Shown here piece by piece: positions 31,754-41,895 of a DNA stretch of 64,000 bases. The notes beneath the pieces are model-generated. The model was not told the origin of the DNA, ran no database searches, and saw only the letters and a program-made list of their open reading frames with translations. A program made the translations under genes and the position numbers. Positions within the stretch are counted from its first letter, which is position 1. Every line of letters begins with the position of its first letter. Where the stretch lies: assembly GCA_963709345.1 (NCBI GenBank), contig CAVPVX010000011.1:192001-256000 (forward strand), given 5' to 3'. This stretch comes from an uncultured Actinomycetes bacterium. Its GTDB lineage: Bacteria; Actinomycetota; Thermoleophilia; UBA2241.

Positions 31754-34263
31754 AGGTCCTCCAGGTCAACTGCACGGACCTCCCCGGCAGACGGTTCAAC
31801 GGCTACGATCTGCTCACCGACCTGAGGTCGAGGGGGATCCGGGGTGAGCAGGCGGTCCTCTTCAGGCGGAGCGAGGACCCCGACGTCCGCACCCTCATGA
31901 GCGACCCCGGCGATGACCGGCTGCAGGAGGCGGTGTACCAGGCCGAACTACGCCACTCCATGGACGATCTCCTGTATCCTTGGGGAAGGGTGCTGGCCGC
32001 GACCCCCGAGTTCATGGGGGCCGATGTCGTCCACTACCACCTGGTGCACGGGCGGATGATCTCGCTGTTCGACCTGCCCTGGCTGAGCACGCTCAAGCCG
32101 TCGGTGTGGACGATGCATGACGCGTGGGCGCTCACCGGCCATTGCATCCAGCCTGGAGAGTGCGTCGGCTGGCGCGAGGGATGCGCCGCCTGCCCCGACT
32201 TGGATTCAGTGTTCCCGCTGAGAACGGATCGCGCCGATCAGATGTGGCGCGTCAAGCAGCGGGTGCTGGCGGATGTCGACATGGACATCGTCGTGGCCTC
32301 CGAGTTCATGCTCGACATGGTCAGACGCAGCCCGCTCACGCAGCACTTCGACCGTGTTCACCTCATCCCGTTCGGGATCGACGTGAGCACGTTTCTGGCG
32401 GACGAGGAAAGAGCGGCCAGCCGCAAGCTCTTGGGGATCGGCGCCGATGAGTTCGTGATCTGCTTCAGGTCCACCGCCGCGCCGATCAAGGGTCTCGAGT
32501 ACATCAAGGAAGCTCTCGGCTCTCAACCACCGGCGCGCCCCACCACGCTGCTGACCGTCGACGAGCCGGGCTTGCTCCAGGACCTGGCCGCCGACTACCG
32601 GATCGTCGAGCTGGGTTGGGTCGAGGACGAGTCCCGGTACCGGCGTCTGCTATCGGCGTGCGACGTCTTCGTCATGCCGTCGACGGCCGAGGCCTTCGGG
32701 CTGATGGCGGTGGAGGCCATGGCGGCGGGACGACCGGTGATCTGCTTCGAGGGCACCGCGCTGGCGGCGGTGACGCACGCCCCGGACTGCGGGATCGCCG
32801 TCAAGGCGCGTGACTCGATGGCCCTGCGCGCCGCCCTGGACGAACTGCGGGATCGACCCGAGGAGGCGGCGCGGCGAGGGCGTCAGGGAAGGAAGATCGC
32901 GGTCGAGCAGTACGGGCACGATCGCTATCTTGACGCTCTGGCCGCGCTGTACGGCTCCGTCCTGGCACGGTCGCGCCGGGCGCGTCTCTTGACGGGTGAC
33001 GTGGCGGACATCCCGCATGATCCCGCACGAGGAAAGGCGCCGCTTGCGGGCGTGCGGGTGTGTCTCGTCTTCGAGCACAGCCTCTCGCACTACACGCGCC
33101 TCCTGGACGAGATCGAGGCGCTTCAGAGCGCGGGCGCGCGCGTGCACTGGCTGACGTCGAACCAGGACGACGAGGCCCCGCCGCCCGGTGTCGGCAAGAC
33201 CGTCGCGCCTCTCGTCGAGCCCCCGAGCGAATCGGCTGCTCGCTGGCGGCCGCTGCGCGTCGCGAGCAACGTGTCCCGGGAAGCTGTACGTCTCCCTCGC
33301 GACGCGCGCGCGCCCCAGGAGGGCGGCGCGCTTTCGCGTCGCCGCCCTGACGAGGATCGGCCGGCGCGCCGACCTGTTCTGGGTCGTCGACTTCCCGGGC
33401 CTTCCCACGGTCATGGCCGTCGCCGCAAGGACGAAGACGAGGGTCGTCTACGAGACCGTCGACCTCGTTCCGGAGTACCGCTATCTGGGAGACGAGCATC
33501 GTTCCCGGAGCCTGCAGGAGGAGCGGCGTCTCATCGGACGGGTCGACGGGTTCATCACCGCGTGCGACTGGTACGCGGACTACTACGTGGAACGCCATGG
33601 CGATGTGCTACGACGACCGCCCGTCGTGCGCGACAACATGCCGAGACTCCTGGCCGAGGGAGTCAGGGCCACGACGAGACCACTGCGGATGGTCTTCCTG
33701 GGAACGCTCATGTTCGATCGACCGGTGAAGGAGCTCTTGCAGGCGATGGCCCTCTCGTCCGCCGACAGCACACTGACCCTCCAGGGGAAGAACCTCCTCG
33801 GTGAGGCCCCGGCGGCTCTCATCTCGGAGTTGGGGCTGCAGGACCGCGTGGAAGTGGTGGGTCCTTGCCCGCCCTCAGCGATCGTGGAGACCGCGGCGTC
33901 CTACGACATCGGAGTGGTCGCGCTGTGGGGGCGCGACGAGAACGAGCGCCGCGCCGCCACGTCCAAGATCTTCACGTACATGGCGGCGGGTCTGGCGGTC
34001 TTCGGGATCCGATCTCCCCGGGATCGCGCGGATCGTCAGGCGGCACTCGAACGGCGTCCTCGCCGAAGGCATGCGACCGGAGGCGTGGGCGACGGCGATG
34101 GATGAGCTCGCGCTCCTTGCCCACCGCCGCGATCGACGACATGAAGCGACGATCGCTCGAGGCCGCGCGGCTCCACGCCTGGCAGCGGCAGGCGCCCGCG
34201 TTCCTGGGGGAGTTCAGCCGGGCGCTTGGCCGGCCGGGTGGTGAGGGTCCCCGTGGGACGTAG
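31750..34263 (+). CDS. Tandem GT4-GT4 glycosyltransferase (WcaC-like N-terminal domain; C-terminal half frameshifted)
   Basis: WTMHDAWALTGHC...C..CP, EAFGLMAVEAMAAG; then VYETVD and SKIFTYMAAG in shifted frames. Confidence 0.8.
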
Positions 34264-35023
34264 CGTGCGAGCAGCCCTCGGCAAGACGCGTGTCGCCGCC
34301 CGTGCGCGCGGCCTGCGCCACGACCTCATGGGCGCCTGGACGCCCCTGAGGAACACGCTGGTGGGTTGCCGGGTGCATGCGCGCGGGACGGGCAATCGCG
34401 TCGCCTGCGCGCGGACCCGGCAGCTGAGCAAAGCCACGATCACGATCGTCGGGAATGGCAACTCGGTCGTGATCGCCCACGATGCCCAGGTCCGATCCTT
34501 CACCGTCGTCATCCGCGGCGACGGCAACCAGGTCTGGATCGGCCCTTCGTACCTCGACGGAGTCGGCGCCACGATCTCGGGCAATGGCAACGTCATCGCC
34601 ATCGAGGGCGGCTGCATGCTGCTCAGCCTGGGTCTCGTGTGTGAGGACGACGCCAACGCCATCTCGATCGGCGCGGCGACGCAGATCCACGGCTCCACGG
34701 AACTGGCCGCCATCGAGGGTACCCGCATCACCGTTGGAGAGGGCTGCCTGTTCTCCGGCGGCATCAGCTTCCGCACCGGCGACAGCCACTCTCTGACAGA
34801 CCGCGAGGGCAGGCGCATCAATCCGTCGCAAGACATCACGATCGGCGACCGCGTGTGGATCGGGATGAAGGCCACGGTCCTCAAGGGCGCGTCCGTGGCC
34901 GGCTTCTCGGTCGTCGGCGCCTGCTCAGTCGTGTCCGGGAGGTTCGACCGGCCGAACTGCGTCATCGCCGGCAACCCTGCGCGCGTCGTTCGCGAGGAGA
35001 TCGACTGGCGAGTCGAGCGGTGA
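34241..35023 (+). CDS. Hexapeptide-repeat (LbH) acyltransferase
   Basis: RTGDSH, IGDRVWIG, VIAGNPARVV. Confidence 0.88.
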   Translation: MRVPVGRSVRAALGKTRVAARARGLRHDLMGAWTPLRNTLVGCRVHARGTGNRVACARTRQLSKATITIVGNGNSVVIAHDAQVRSFTVVIRGDGNQVWIGPSYLDGVGATISGNGNVIAIEGGCMLLSLGLVCEDDANAISIGAATQIHGSTELAAIEGTRITVGEGCLFSGGISFRTGDSHSLTDREGRRINPSQDITIGDRVWIGMKATVLKGASVAGFSVVGACSVVSGRFDRPNCVIAGNPARVVREEIDWRVER

Positions 35024-35123
35024 GTCGAGCCTGCTAGGACGGGAACGGGCCAGCGCGGACTGCGTTCTGGCGGCGTCCGAAGATGCTGATCGGGCATGTC
35101 GCGTCGTACCTGCCGTCGCCGGT

Positions 35124-36023
35124 CTACGCGCCCCGGCGTCCGGCGGCACGGGACGCGCGCAGCGGCCACTCGGCAGCCAGGTCGGCGAGCATAGCGTCCC
35201 AGCCCGGCGGCGCCCAGCCCGTCCTCTCGCGGAAGCGGGTGCTGTCCAGAGAGCGGTCGATGGCCGGCTGGTCCACCGGGTCGAGTCGCACCTCCCAGCC
35301 GAGGTGGCCGGCCAGCTCGGTGAGCAGCGTGTACTTGTCGATCGGGGCGGCGGACAGGTGCCAGAGCCCGTGGAGGCTCACGTCTGGCAGGATCACGTCG
35401 CGGACGACGGCCGTGAAGGCGTCGGTGGTCAGCCCGCTGAAGACGGCTCTGGTGAAGCCCTTGAGCGGCTCGTGACGGTGGGCGGCGAACCAGCCCGCCA
35501 GCGCGGTGGGCTCGCCGATCTGCCAGCCGATGATGGACGTCCGCAGGGTGACGACGTTGTCACGGTCGGCGACCTCGCCGAGCAGCTTGGAGCGCCCGTA
35601 GAGGTCGCGGGCGTCGGGCACGTCGTCCTCGGTGTAGCCGCCTCGCGCGCCGCTGAACACGCAGTCGGTGCTCACGTGGACCATGCGCGCGCCGTGGGCG
35701 CTGCACGCGTCCGCGAGGACGTGCGGCCAGAGGCTGTTGACGGTGATCGAGGGGATCGCCGCCCTGGCCGCGTCGAGCTGCTTGACGATGCCGACGGCGT
35801 TGAGCACGAGATCCGGCCGCACGCGCTCGAAGAGCGCGGCCGCCGACGCGGTGTCGGCGGCGTCGAACCCCTCGACGATGCGGCCGGCCGGCACGCCGAG
35901 ATCGGCGATCGAGCGCCGGTCGCGGCAGGCGCCCCACACCTCGAAGTCCGGCGCCAGTACTCGCAGGGCCTCGTGGCCCAGCATCCCCGTGGCGCCGACG
36001 ACCAGGATGCGCGGCGTGCTCAT
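35124..36023 (-). CDS. RmlD-like NDP-4-keto-6-deoxysugar reductase (QnlA/WbvR-like)
   Basis: GATGMLG, HVSTDCVFSG, YGRSK, LRTSIIG. Confidence 0.88.
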   Translation of the reverse strand: MSTPRILVVGATGMLGHEALRVLAPDFEVWGACRDRRSIADLGVPAGRIVEGFDAADTASAAALFERVRPDLVLNAVGIVKQLDAARAAIPSITVNSLWPHVLADACSAHGARMVHVSTDCVFSGARGGYTEDDVPDARDLYGRSKLLGEVADRDNVVTLRTSIIGWQIGEPTALAGWFAAHRHEPLKGFTRAVFSGLTTDAFTAVVRDVILPDVSLHGLWHLSAAPIDKYTLLTELAGHLGWEVRLDPVDQPAIDRSLDSTRFRERTGWAPPGWDAMLADLAAEWPLRASRAAGRRGA

Positions 36024-37099
36024 GCGATGCCCAGCACGATCCTTGCGACAGTGTCCGACACGTTCTCGGCGAGGTACTCGGGCGGCGGCGTCCAGGTGCC
36101 GGCGGACCGCACGGCGAGCTCGATGGCCGGCAGGATCCGCTCGGCCTCCACGCCGGCGAGCAGGTTGCTGCCGCACTCGATGGTCTCCGGTCTTTCGGTG
36201 ACGTCGCGCATCGTCACAGTCGGCACGCCGAAGATGCAGCACTCTTCCTGCACCGTGCCGCTGTCGGAGAGCACGCAGAGGGCCTCCTTTTCGAGCCGCA
36301 CGAAGTCGAAGAGGCCCAGCGGGGGGACGAACCCGATCTTGCCCGCGTCGACGCCGAACGCGCGCAGCTTGTCCGCCGTCCGCGGGTGCAGCGACGCCAG
36401 GATGGGCAGGTCGAACTTCTCGATCGCGGCGTTGAGCGCCGCGATGAGCGCCGCGAGCCGCACAGGATCGTCCACCGTCTCGGCCCGGTGGGCGGTGACG
36501 AGGAAGTATCGGCCGGGCTCCACGCCGAAGTCCGTGAACGGGTCGGCGGCCTCGATCTGCCCGGCGTAGTGGTCGAGCACTTCTTTGATCGGGTTGCCGG
36601 TCACGTAGATGCGCCGGCGCTCGATGCCCTCGCGCACCAGGTTCTCGGCGCTGCGGTGCGTGTACGGCATGAGGACCGTGCTCGAATGGTCGATGACCCG
36701 GCGGTTGACCTCTTCCGGCACGCGGTCGTCGAAGCAGCGGTTGCCTGCCTCCATGTGACAGACGCGGATGCCCATGCGCTTGGCCACGAAGGCGGCGAGG
36801 CCGCGTGTTGGTGTCGCCCAGAATGAGGACCGTGTCGGGCGTCTTCCGCGCGAAAGAGCTCTTCGCACTTCGCGAGGATCTGCCCGATCTGGTCGGCGAA
36901 CCCCGTGCCGCGCACGCCCATGAACAGGTCCGGCTCGCGGAGCCCGAGGTCGCGGAAGAACATGCCGCTCAGCCGGTCGTCGAAGTTCTGGCCGGTGTGG
37001 ACGAGCAGGTGGTCGCACGACTGGTCGAGCGACCTCGATCACCCGCGACAGGCGGATGATCTCGGGCCGCGTGCCCAGCAGGGTGATGACCTTGGTCAT
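36020..37099 (-). CDS. Non-hydrolysing UDP-HexNAc 2-epimerase (FnlC/QnlB-like; compensating frameshifts)
   Basis: LGTRPEIIRL, HMEAGNRCFD, PEEVNR, TAHRAE, SDSGTVQEE, TERPE. Confidence 0.88.
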   Translation of the reverse strand: MTKVITLLGTRPEIIRLSRVIEVARPVVRPPARPHRPELRRPAERHVLPRPRAPRAGPVHGRARHGVRRPDRADPREVRRALSRGRRPTRSSFWATPTRGLAAFVAKRMGIRVCHMEAGNRCFDDRVPEEVNRRVIDHSSTVLMPYTHRSAENLVREGIERRRIYVTGNPIKEVLDHYAGQIEAADPFTDFGVEPGRYFLVTAHRAETVDDPVRLAALIAALNAAIEKFDLPILASLHPRTADKLRAFGVDAGKIGFVPPLGLFDFVRLEKEALCVLSDSGTVQEECCIFGVPTVTMRDVTERPETIECGSNLLAGVEAERILPAIELAVRSAGTWTPPPEYLAENVSDTVARIVLGIA

Positions 37100-38162
37100 C
37101 TACGACTCCAGATAGCGCCGGCCGAGGACCTCGGGGATCCTTGCGCTTGAGGAAGTCGGCGAGGTCTTCCGCACTCATGAGGGCGTTCGCCGAGCTGTAG
37201 TCGCCCACCAGCGCCGGCTGGTCGACCGGATCGGCCAGCTCGGGGAGCATGGGGCGCAGGGCGAAGTAGCCCTCCTGCCCGTCGATCGGTGCGAGTGGCT
37301 TCTTCTTCGCGACAGGAGGATCTCGTGGATCTTCTCGCCCGGGCGGATCCCGGTGATGACCGTCTCGATGTCGCGATCGCCGATGAGGCGCGGCCGCAAG
37401 ATCCGTCATCCTGCGCGCTCGGGCAGCGCGGGATGTAGGTCTCGCCGGGGCTCGCGGAGCGCACCGCCGCGAAGATGGTGTCCACGGCGTCCTCGAGCGT
37501 GAGGAGAAAGCGCGTCATGTCGGCGGTGGTGATGGTGACCGGCCCGCCGGCGGCGATCTGCTCGAGGAAGAGCGGGACGACGGAGCCGCGCGAGGCGAGC
37601 ACGTTGCCGTAGCGCACGCAGATGAACCGCGTCTCCGGGCAGTGGAGGTTGCCGTCGATGTAGACGCGCTCCTGGATGGCCTTGGTCATGCCCATGACGT
37701 TGACCGGCTTGCAGGCCTTGTCCGTCGAGATGCCCATCACGGTCTCGACGGGCAGGCGGAACTCGGAGATGGCCCGCACGATGTTGACGGCGCCCTCGAT
37801 GTTGGTCCTGCACCGCCTCCCACGGGAAGTACTCGCAGCTGGGCACCTGCTTGAGGGCGGCGGCGCTGAAGACGACGTCCGCCTCCTTCACGGCGCGCAC
37901 CACGCTGCCGTAGTCGCGCACGTCGCCGATCCGGAACTTCAGCCGCTGTCTGGAAGTTCTCGAAGATGACTTCGTCGGTGGCGGCGTTGCGCTGCATGAA
38001 GTCCAGACGCATGTAGTGCTGCTTGGCCTCGTCGCGCGAGAAGACGGTGACGCTCTCGGGGACGCCCTCGACGCCGCTCATGAGCCGGCGCGTGAGCACC
38101 TGTCCGAGCGAGCCGGTGCCTCCGGTGACGAGGATGCGCTTGCCTTCGAACACTCCTGCCAT
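37100..38162 (-). CDS. UDP-GlcNAc 4,6-dehydratase/5-epimerase (FnlA/CapE-like; frameshifted)
   Basis: TGGTGSLG, SRDEAKQ, AAALKQVPSCEYFP, STDKACKPVNVMGMTK, RYGNVLASRGSVVP. Confidence 0.88.
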
Positions 38163-38278
38163 CTCCAAACCCCCGTCGATTCTGCTGCTGTCACTCACCG
38201 TCCGGACCGCTTCCGCATTCTAGCAGCACGTCGCGGAGGGGGAGGACCGTCGGGCCGCGTCGCCTCAGACGATGTTGC

Positions 38279-39154
38279 TCAGGCTCGGCTCGAGAGCCAG
38301 TCCGAGATACCCTGTGCCGAGAGCAGCCGAGGGTGGGGGGCGGGGGCCGCCCAGCGTGCGCACACTCTCTCACGGAGCCACGGCCCGTACCACGGCAGGG
38401 CCTGGCGGCCGAGGTGCAGCCCGTCCGACGCCATCGGGCGGCGGAGGATGCCCTGCTCGTCGGCCACGTGCGAGAACAGGTCGACGTAGTCGACGCCGTG
38501 CTCGTGGCACCACGCCTCGAGCTCCTTGTTGAAGAGCTGCGCGATGTGGCCGCGCACGCCGATGTCACCCGAATGGTCGAACCACCCGTACTCCTCCGTG
38601 TGGGCCGCGCCGACCACGCTTTGGGCAGCCACCCGGAAGCCGCGCTCCCGTACCAGGTCGATCGCCGTGCCGTAGCGCACCACGGTCTCGTGGGCGAGCT
38701 CCTCGAGGGATCTCCGTCCCGACGAGCGCAGGTGCTGATCGTTGATGTGGAGCCGGCAGTCGGTGCCGCCGGCGGTGAGCAGGATGATGTCCCTGCGAGG
38801 ATCCGCCGACCGGAGCGCCTCGAGCAGACGGGTCCGCGACTGGGTCGAACTGGTGGGTGACGCGAGGTTGTACGCGGTCAGTGGTGCGATGTTGTGGACG
38901 ATGAACGGCCACACGCCCGTCAGCATGACCGTGTGGCTGTCGCCGATCGCATGCACCACCGGTGCACCCACCAGGCGACTGCGCGCCACGATGAGCGCAT
39001 CGCGGATCTCCGCCGGGTTCATCGTCACCTTCGCGCGGAGAGGGTCGACCCCCTGGGTCCAGGCCAGCACGAAGGCACGGCGAAGGACGAGAGGCGACCC
39101 GCCTTCGTCGAGGGCCTTGCGGACTTTGCGCTGAATGTGAGTGAGCGTCTGCAT
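38279..39154 (-). CDS. SGNH/GDSL hydrolase-like protein
   Basis: IGDSH, G..DCRLH, SDGLHL. Confidence 0.7.
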   Translation of the reverse strand: MQTLTHIQRKVRKALDEGGSPLVLRRAFVLAWTQGVDPLRAKVTMNPAEIRDALIVARSRLVGAPVVHAIGDSHTVMLTGVWPFIVHNIAPLTAYNLASPTSSTQSRTRLLEALRSADPRRDIILLTAGGTDCRLHINDQHLRSSGRRSLEELAHETVVRYGTAIDLVRERGFRVAAQSVVGAAHTEEYGWFDHSGDIGVRGHIAQLFNKELEAWCHEHGVDYVDLFSHVADEQGILRRPMASDGLHLGRQALPWYGPWLRERVCARWAAPAPHPRLLSAQGISDWLSSRA

Positions 39155-39240
39155 CGCGTTCGCCGGCGCAATGGTACCGCGCCGGATCGTCGTCGGCCCA
39201 GCGCCTCCCTTCTCGTGCGGTCGTGAGAGAATAGCGCCCG

Positions 39241-40488
39241 ATGAAGACGCCCGACCGCCCGCCTCGCGTCACGATGGTCAACAAGTACTACTCGCCGCCG
39301 CACCTGGGCGGCGTGGAGACGGTCGTGCGCACCCTGTCGGAGGGGCTCGTGGAGCACGCCGGCGTGCAGGTGCGCGCGCTGGTGAGCAACGAGAGCCGCG
39401 AGCGCGTCGAGGAGACCATCGGCGGCGTGCGCGTCGTGCGCCTCCCGCGGCAGCTGGCGGTGTCGTCGGCGCCGGTCGCCGCAGGCATGCCCGGCGCCCT
39501 GCGCGCGGAGATGCGCGGCGCGCCGCCGCCCGGGTCCGCGCCGCCCGACGTCCTCAACCTGCACTCACCCTATCCGTGGGGCGAGCTCTCGTTCCTGCAG
39601 GCGAATCCGGACGTCCCCAGCGTGGTGCTGTACCACAGCGACATCGTGCGCCAGAAGCGCCTGCTCGCGGCCTACAGTCCCTTCTTGCATCGCTTTCTCG
39701 ATAGAGTCGACCTCATCGTGACGTCGTCCCCGCAGATGGTCCGCCACTCGCCGTATCTCGCGCCTCGCGCCGAGAAGTGCCGCGTCGTGCCGTTCGGGCT
39801 GCCGGCCGGCAAGCTGACGGCTGCGCCCGGGGTGGAGGAGCGCGCGGCGGAGCTGCGCGCGGCGCACGCCGGGCGGCCCCTCGTGCTCTTCGTCGGCCGG
39901 CTCGTCTACTACAAAGGCGCCGACGTGCTGGTGCGCGCCATGGCGCAGGTCGACGCTGACCTCGTGCTCGTCGGCCGGGGTCCGCTCGAGGGCGAGCTGC
40001 GCGCGCTGGCCGCCGCACTCGGGATAGGCGGGCGCACCACGTTCCTGCCGCCGCAGGACGACGCCGAGCTCGCCGCCTGGTACCACGCCGCCGACGTCTT
40101 CTGCCTGCCCAGCGTCGCCCGCAGCGAGGCCTTCGGCCTCGTGCAGATCGAGGCGCACGCGGCGGGCACCCCGGTCGTGTCCACCGACCTGCCGACCGGG
40201 GTGCCGTACGCGAACCCGGACGGCGTGACCGGGCTCACGGTGCCGCCGGGCGACGCCGCGGCTCTCGCCGCGGCGCTGGGCCGGCTGCTCGGCGACGACG
40301 AGCTGCGCGCGCGGCTCGGCGGCCAGGCGCAGGCGCGCGCACGGCGCGAGTTCACCGTGCCGCGCATGGTCGCGCGCACGCTGGACGTGTACACGGAGGC
40401 GACGGCGCGTCATGAGGCAGGCCGGGCGTCGCGGGCGGGTGCGCGCCGCAGCGCAGCAGCGCCGGCGCGTCGGGGGGGCGTCCGCTAG
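39241..40488 (+). CDS. GT4 glycosyltransferase
   Basis: YHSDIVRQ, FVGRLVYYKG, SEAFGLVQIEA. Confidence 0.92.
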   Translation: MKTPDRPPRVTMVNKYYSPPHLGGVETVVRTLSEGLVEHAGVQVRALVSNESRERVEETIGGVRVVRLPRQLAVSSAPVAAGMPGALRAEMRGAPPPGSAPPDVLNLHSPYPWGELSFLQANPDVPSVVLYHSDIVRQKRLLAAYSPFLHRFLDRVDLIVTSSPQMVRHSPYLAPRAEKCRVVPFGLPAGKLTAAPGVEERAAELRAAHAGRPLVLFVGRLVYYKGADVLVRAMAQVDADLVLVGRGPLEGELRALAAALGIGGRTTFLPPQDDAELAAWYHAADVFCLPSVARSEAFGLVQIEAHAAGTPVVSTDLPTGVPYANPDGVTGLTVPPGDAAALAAALGRLLGDDELRARLGGQAQARARREFTVPRMVARTLDVYTEATARHEAGRASRAGARRSAAAPARRGGVR

Positions 40489-41883
40489 ATGTCCCGCACC
40501 CGCTTCATCATCCTCTCCGTCGTCACCGACGCCGTGCTGGTCAACGCCGGCTTCGTCCTCGCCTTCCTGCTGCGCTTCGAGGGCCGGCTGCCGGCGTTCA
40601 ACTTCGAGGCGTATCTGCTGCTGGCGCCGCTGCTCACGCTGTTCTACCTCGGCGGCGCCTGGACCTACGGGCTCTACGACCCGGAGCGCGCCGACACCGC
40701 CTGGGCGGTCGTGCGCGGCGCCGTGGCCGCGGTGACCGTCGGCACGCTGCTCACCGCCGCGGTCGCTTTCTTCGGCGGCGAGCGTACGGCGTCGTTCGCG
40801 CGCTCCACGATCCTGCTCGCGTGGCTCATCGACCTCGTGCTGCTCACCGGCTGGCGTCTCGCCTTCTTGCACCTCGCGCGCATCAGCTGGCCGGAGCAGC
40901 GCGTGCTGATCGTCGGCACCGGCCCGGCGGCCGTCGAGCTCGCGCAGCACGTCTCGGCGCGCGACCGCTGGGGCTGGACGGTCACCGGGCTGATCGAGGC
41001 CGATCCCGACGCCTGGGGGGCGGGCTTCTCGGCGGCCGGGGACGAGTCGTCCACGGCCGGGGGCTTCCCCATCCTTGGGGGCGCCCAGGACGTGGCGCGC
41101 ATCGCCGGTGAGCAGGGCGCGAACCGCGTGATCGTCGTCAGCCCGATCGCCCTGCGCGAGCTGGTCGAGTCCCTCGTGCTCGCCGACGAGGCGAGCGTGC
41201 GCGTCGACGTCGTGCCCGGGCTCTACGAGATCTTCATCGGCACGGTGGACGCGATCGTCGGCGACGTGCCGCTCATGGAGATCACGCACGCCTCGGTCCC
41301 GCGCTACTACGCCGCCATGAAGCGCGTACTCGACCTGGTCGCCGCCGCGCTCCTGCTGGTCCTGACCAGCCCGCTCCTGCTGGTCGCCGTCGTCGCCGTC
41401 GCCCTCGACGACGGCTTGCCCGCGTTCTTCTCGCAGGAGCGGTCCGGCCGGGGGATGAAGCCGTTCCGGATGCACAAGCTGCGCACGATGGTCAAGGACG
41501 CGGAGGCGGCCAGCGGCCCCGTGCTCGCCGAGGCGGACGACGCGCGCATCACCACGGTCGGCCGCGTGCTGCGCCGCTTTCGCATCGACGAGCTGCCCCA
41601 GCTGGTCAACATCCTGAGGGGCGAGATGAGCTTCGTGGGGCCGCGCCCGGAACGGCCCTTCTTCGTGGAGCAGTACCTGAAGGAGACGCCGGGCTACCGC
41701 GAGCGCTTCACCGTCAAGCCCGGCGTCACCGGTCTGGCCCAGGTCAGCGGCGGCTACGCGACCACGCCGGAGCGCAAGCTCAAGTACGACCTCATCTACA
41801 TGTATCATCAGACGCCGGCCATGGACGCCCAGATCGTGGCCGAGACCCTGCGCGTGGTGCTCACCGGGCGCGGAGCGAGATAA
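40489..41883 (+). CDS. Polyprenyl-phosphate priming sugar transferase (WcaJ/WbaP family)
   Basis: N-terminal TMs, KRVLD, KLRTM, DELPQLVNILRGEMSFVGPRPE, KPGVTGLAQV. Confidence 0.93.
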   Translation: MSRTRFIILSVVTDAVLVNAGFVLAFLLRFEGRLPAFNFEAYLLLAPLLTLFYLGGAWTYGLYDPERADTAWAVVRGAVAAVTVGTLLTAAVAFFGGERTASFARSTILLAWLIDLVLLTGWRLAFLHLARISWPEQRVLIVGTGPAAVELAQHVSARDRWGWTVTGLIEADPDAWGAGFSAAGDESSTAGGFPILGGAQDVARIAGEQGANRVIVVSPIALRELVESLVLADEASVRVDVVPGLYEIFIGTVDAIVGDVPLMEITHASVPRYYAAMKRVLDLVAAALLLVLTSPLLLVAVVAVALDDGLPAFFSQERSGRGMKPFRMHKLRTMVKDAEAASGPVLAEADDARITTVGRVLRRFRIDELPQLVNILRGEMSFVGPRPERPFFVEQYLKETPGYRERFTVKPGVTGLAQVSGGYATTPERKLKYDLIYMYHQTPAMDAQIVAETLRVVLTGRGAR

Positions 41884-41895
41884 GGAAGCACGCGC

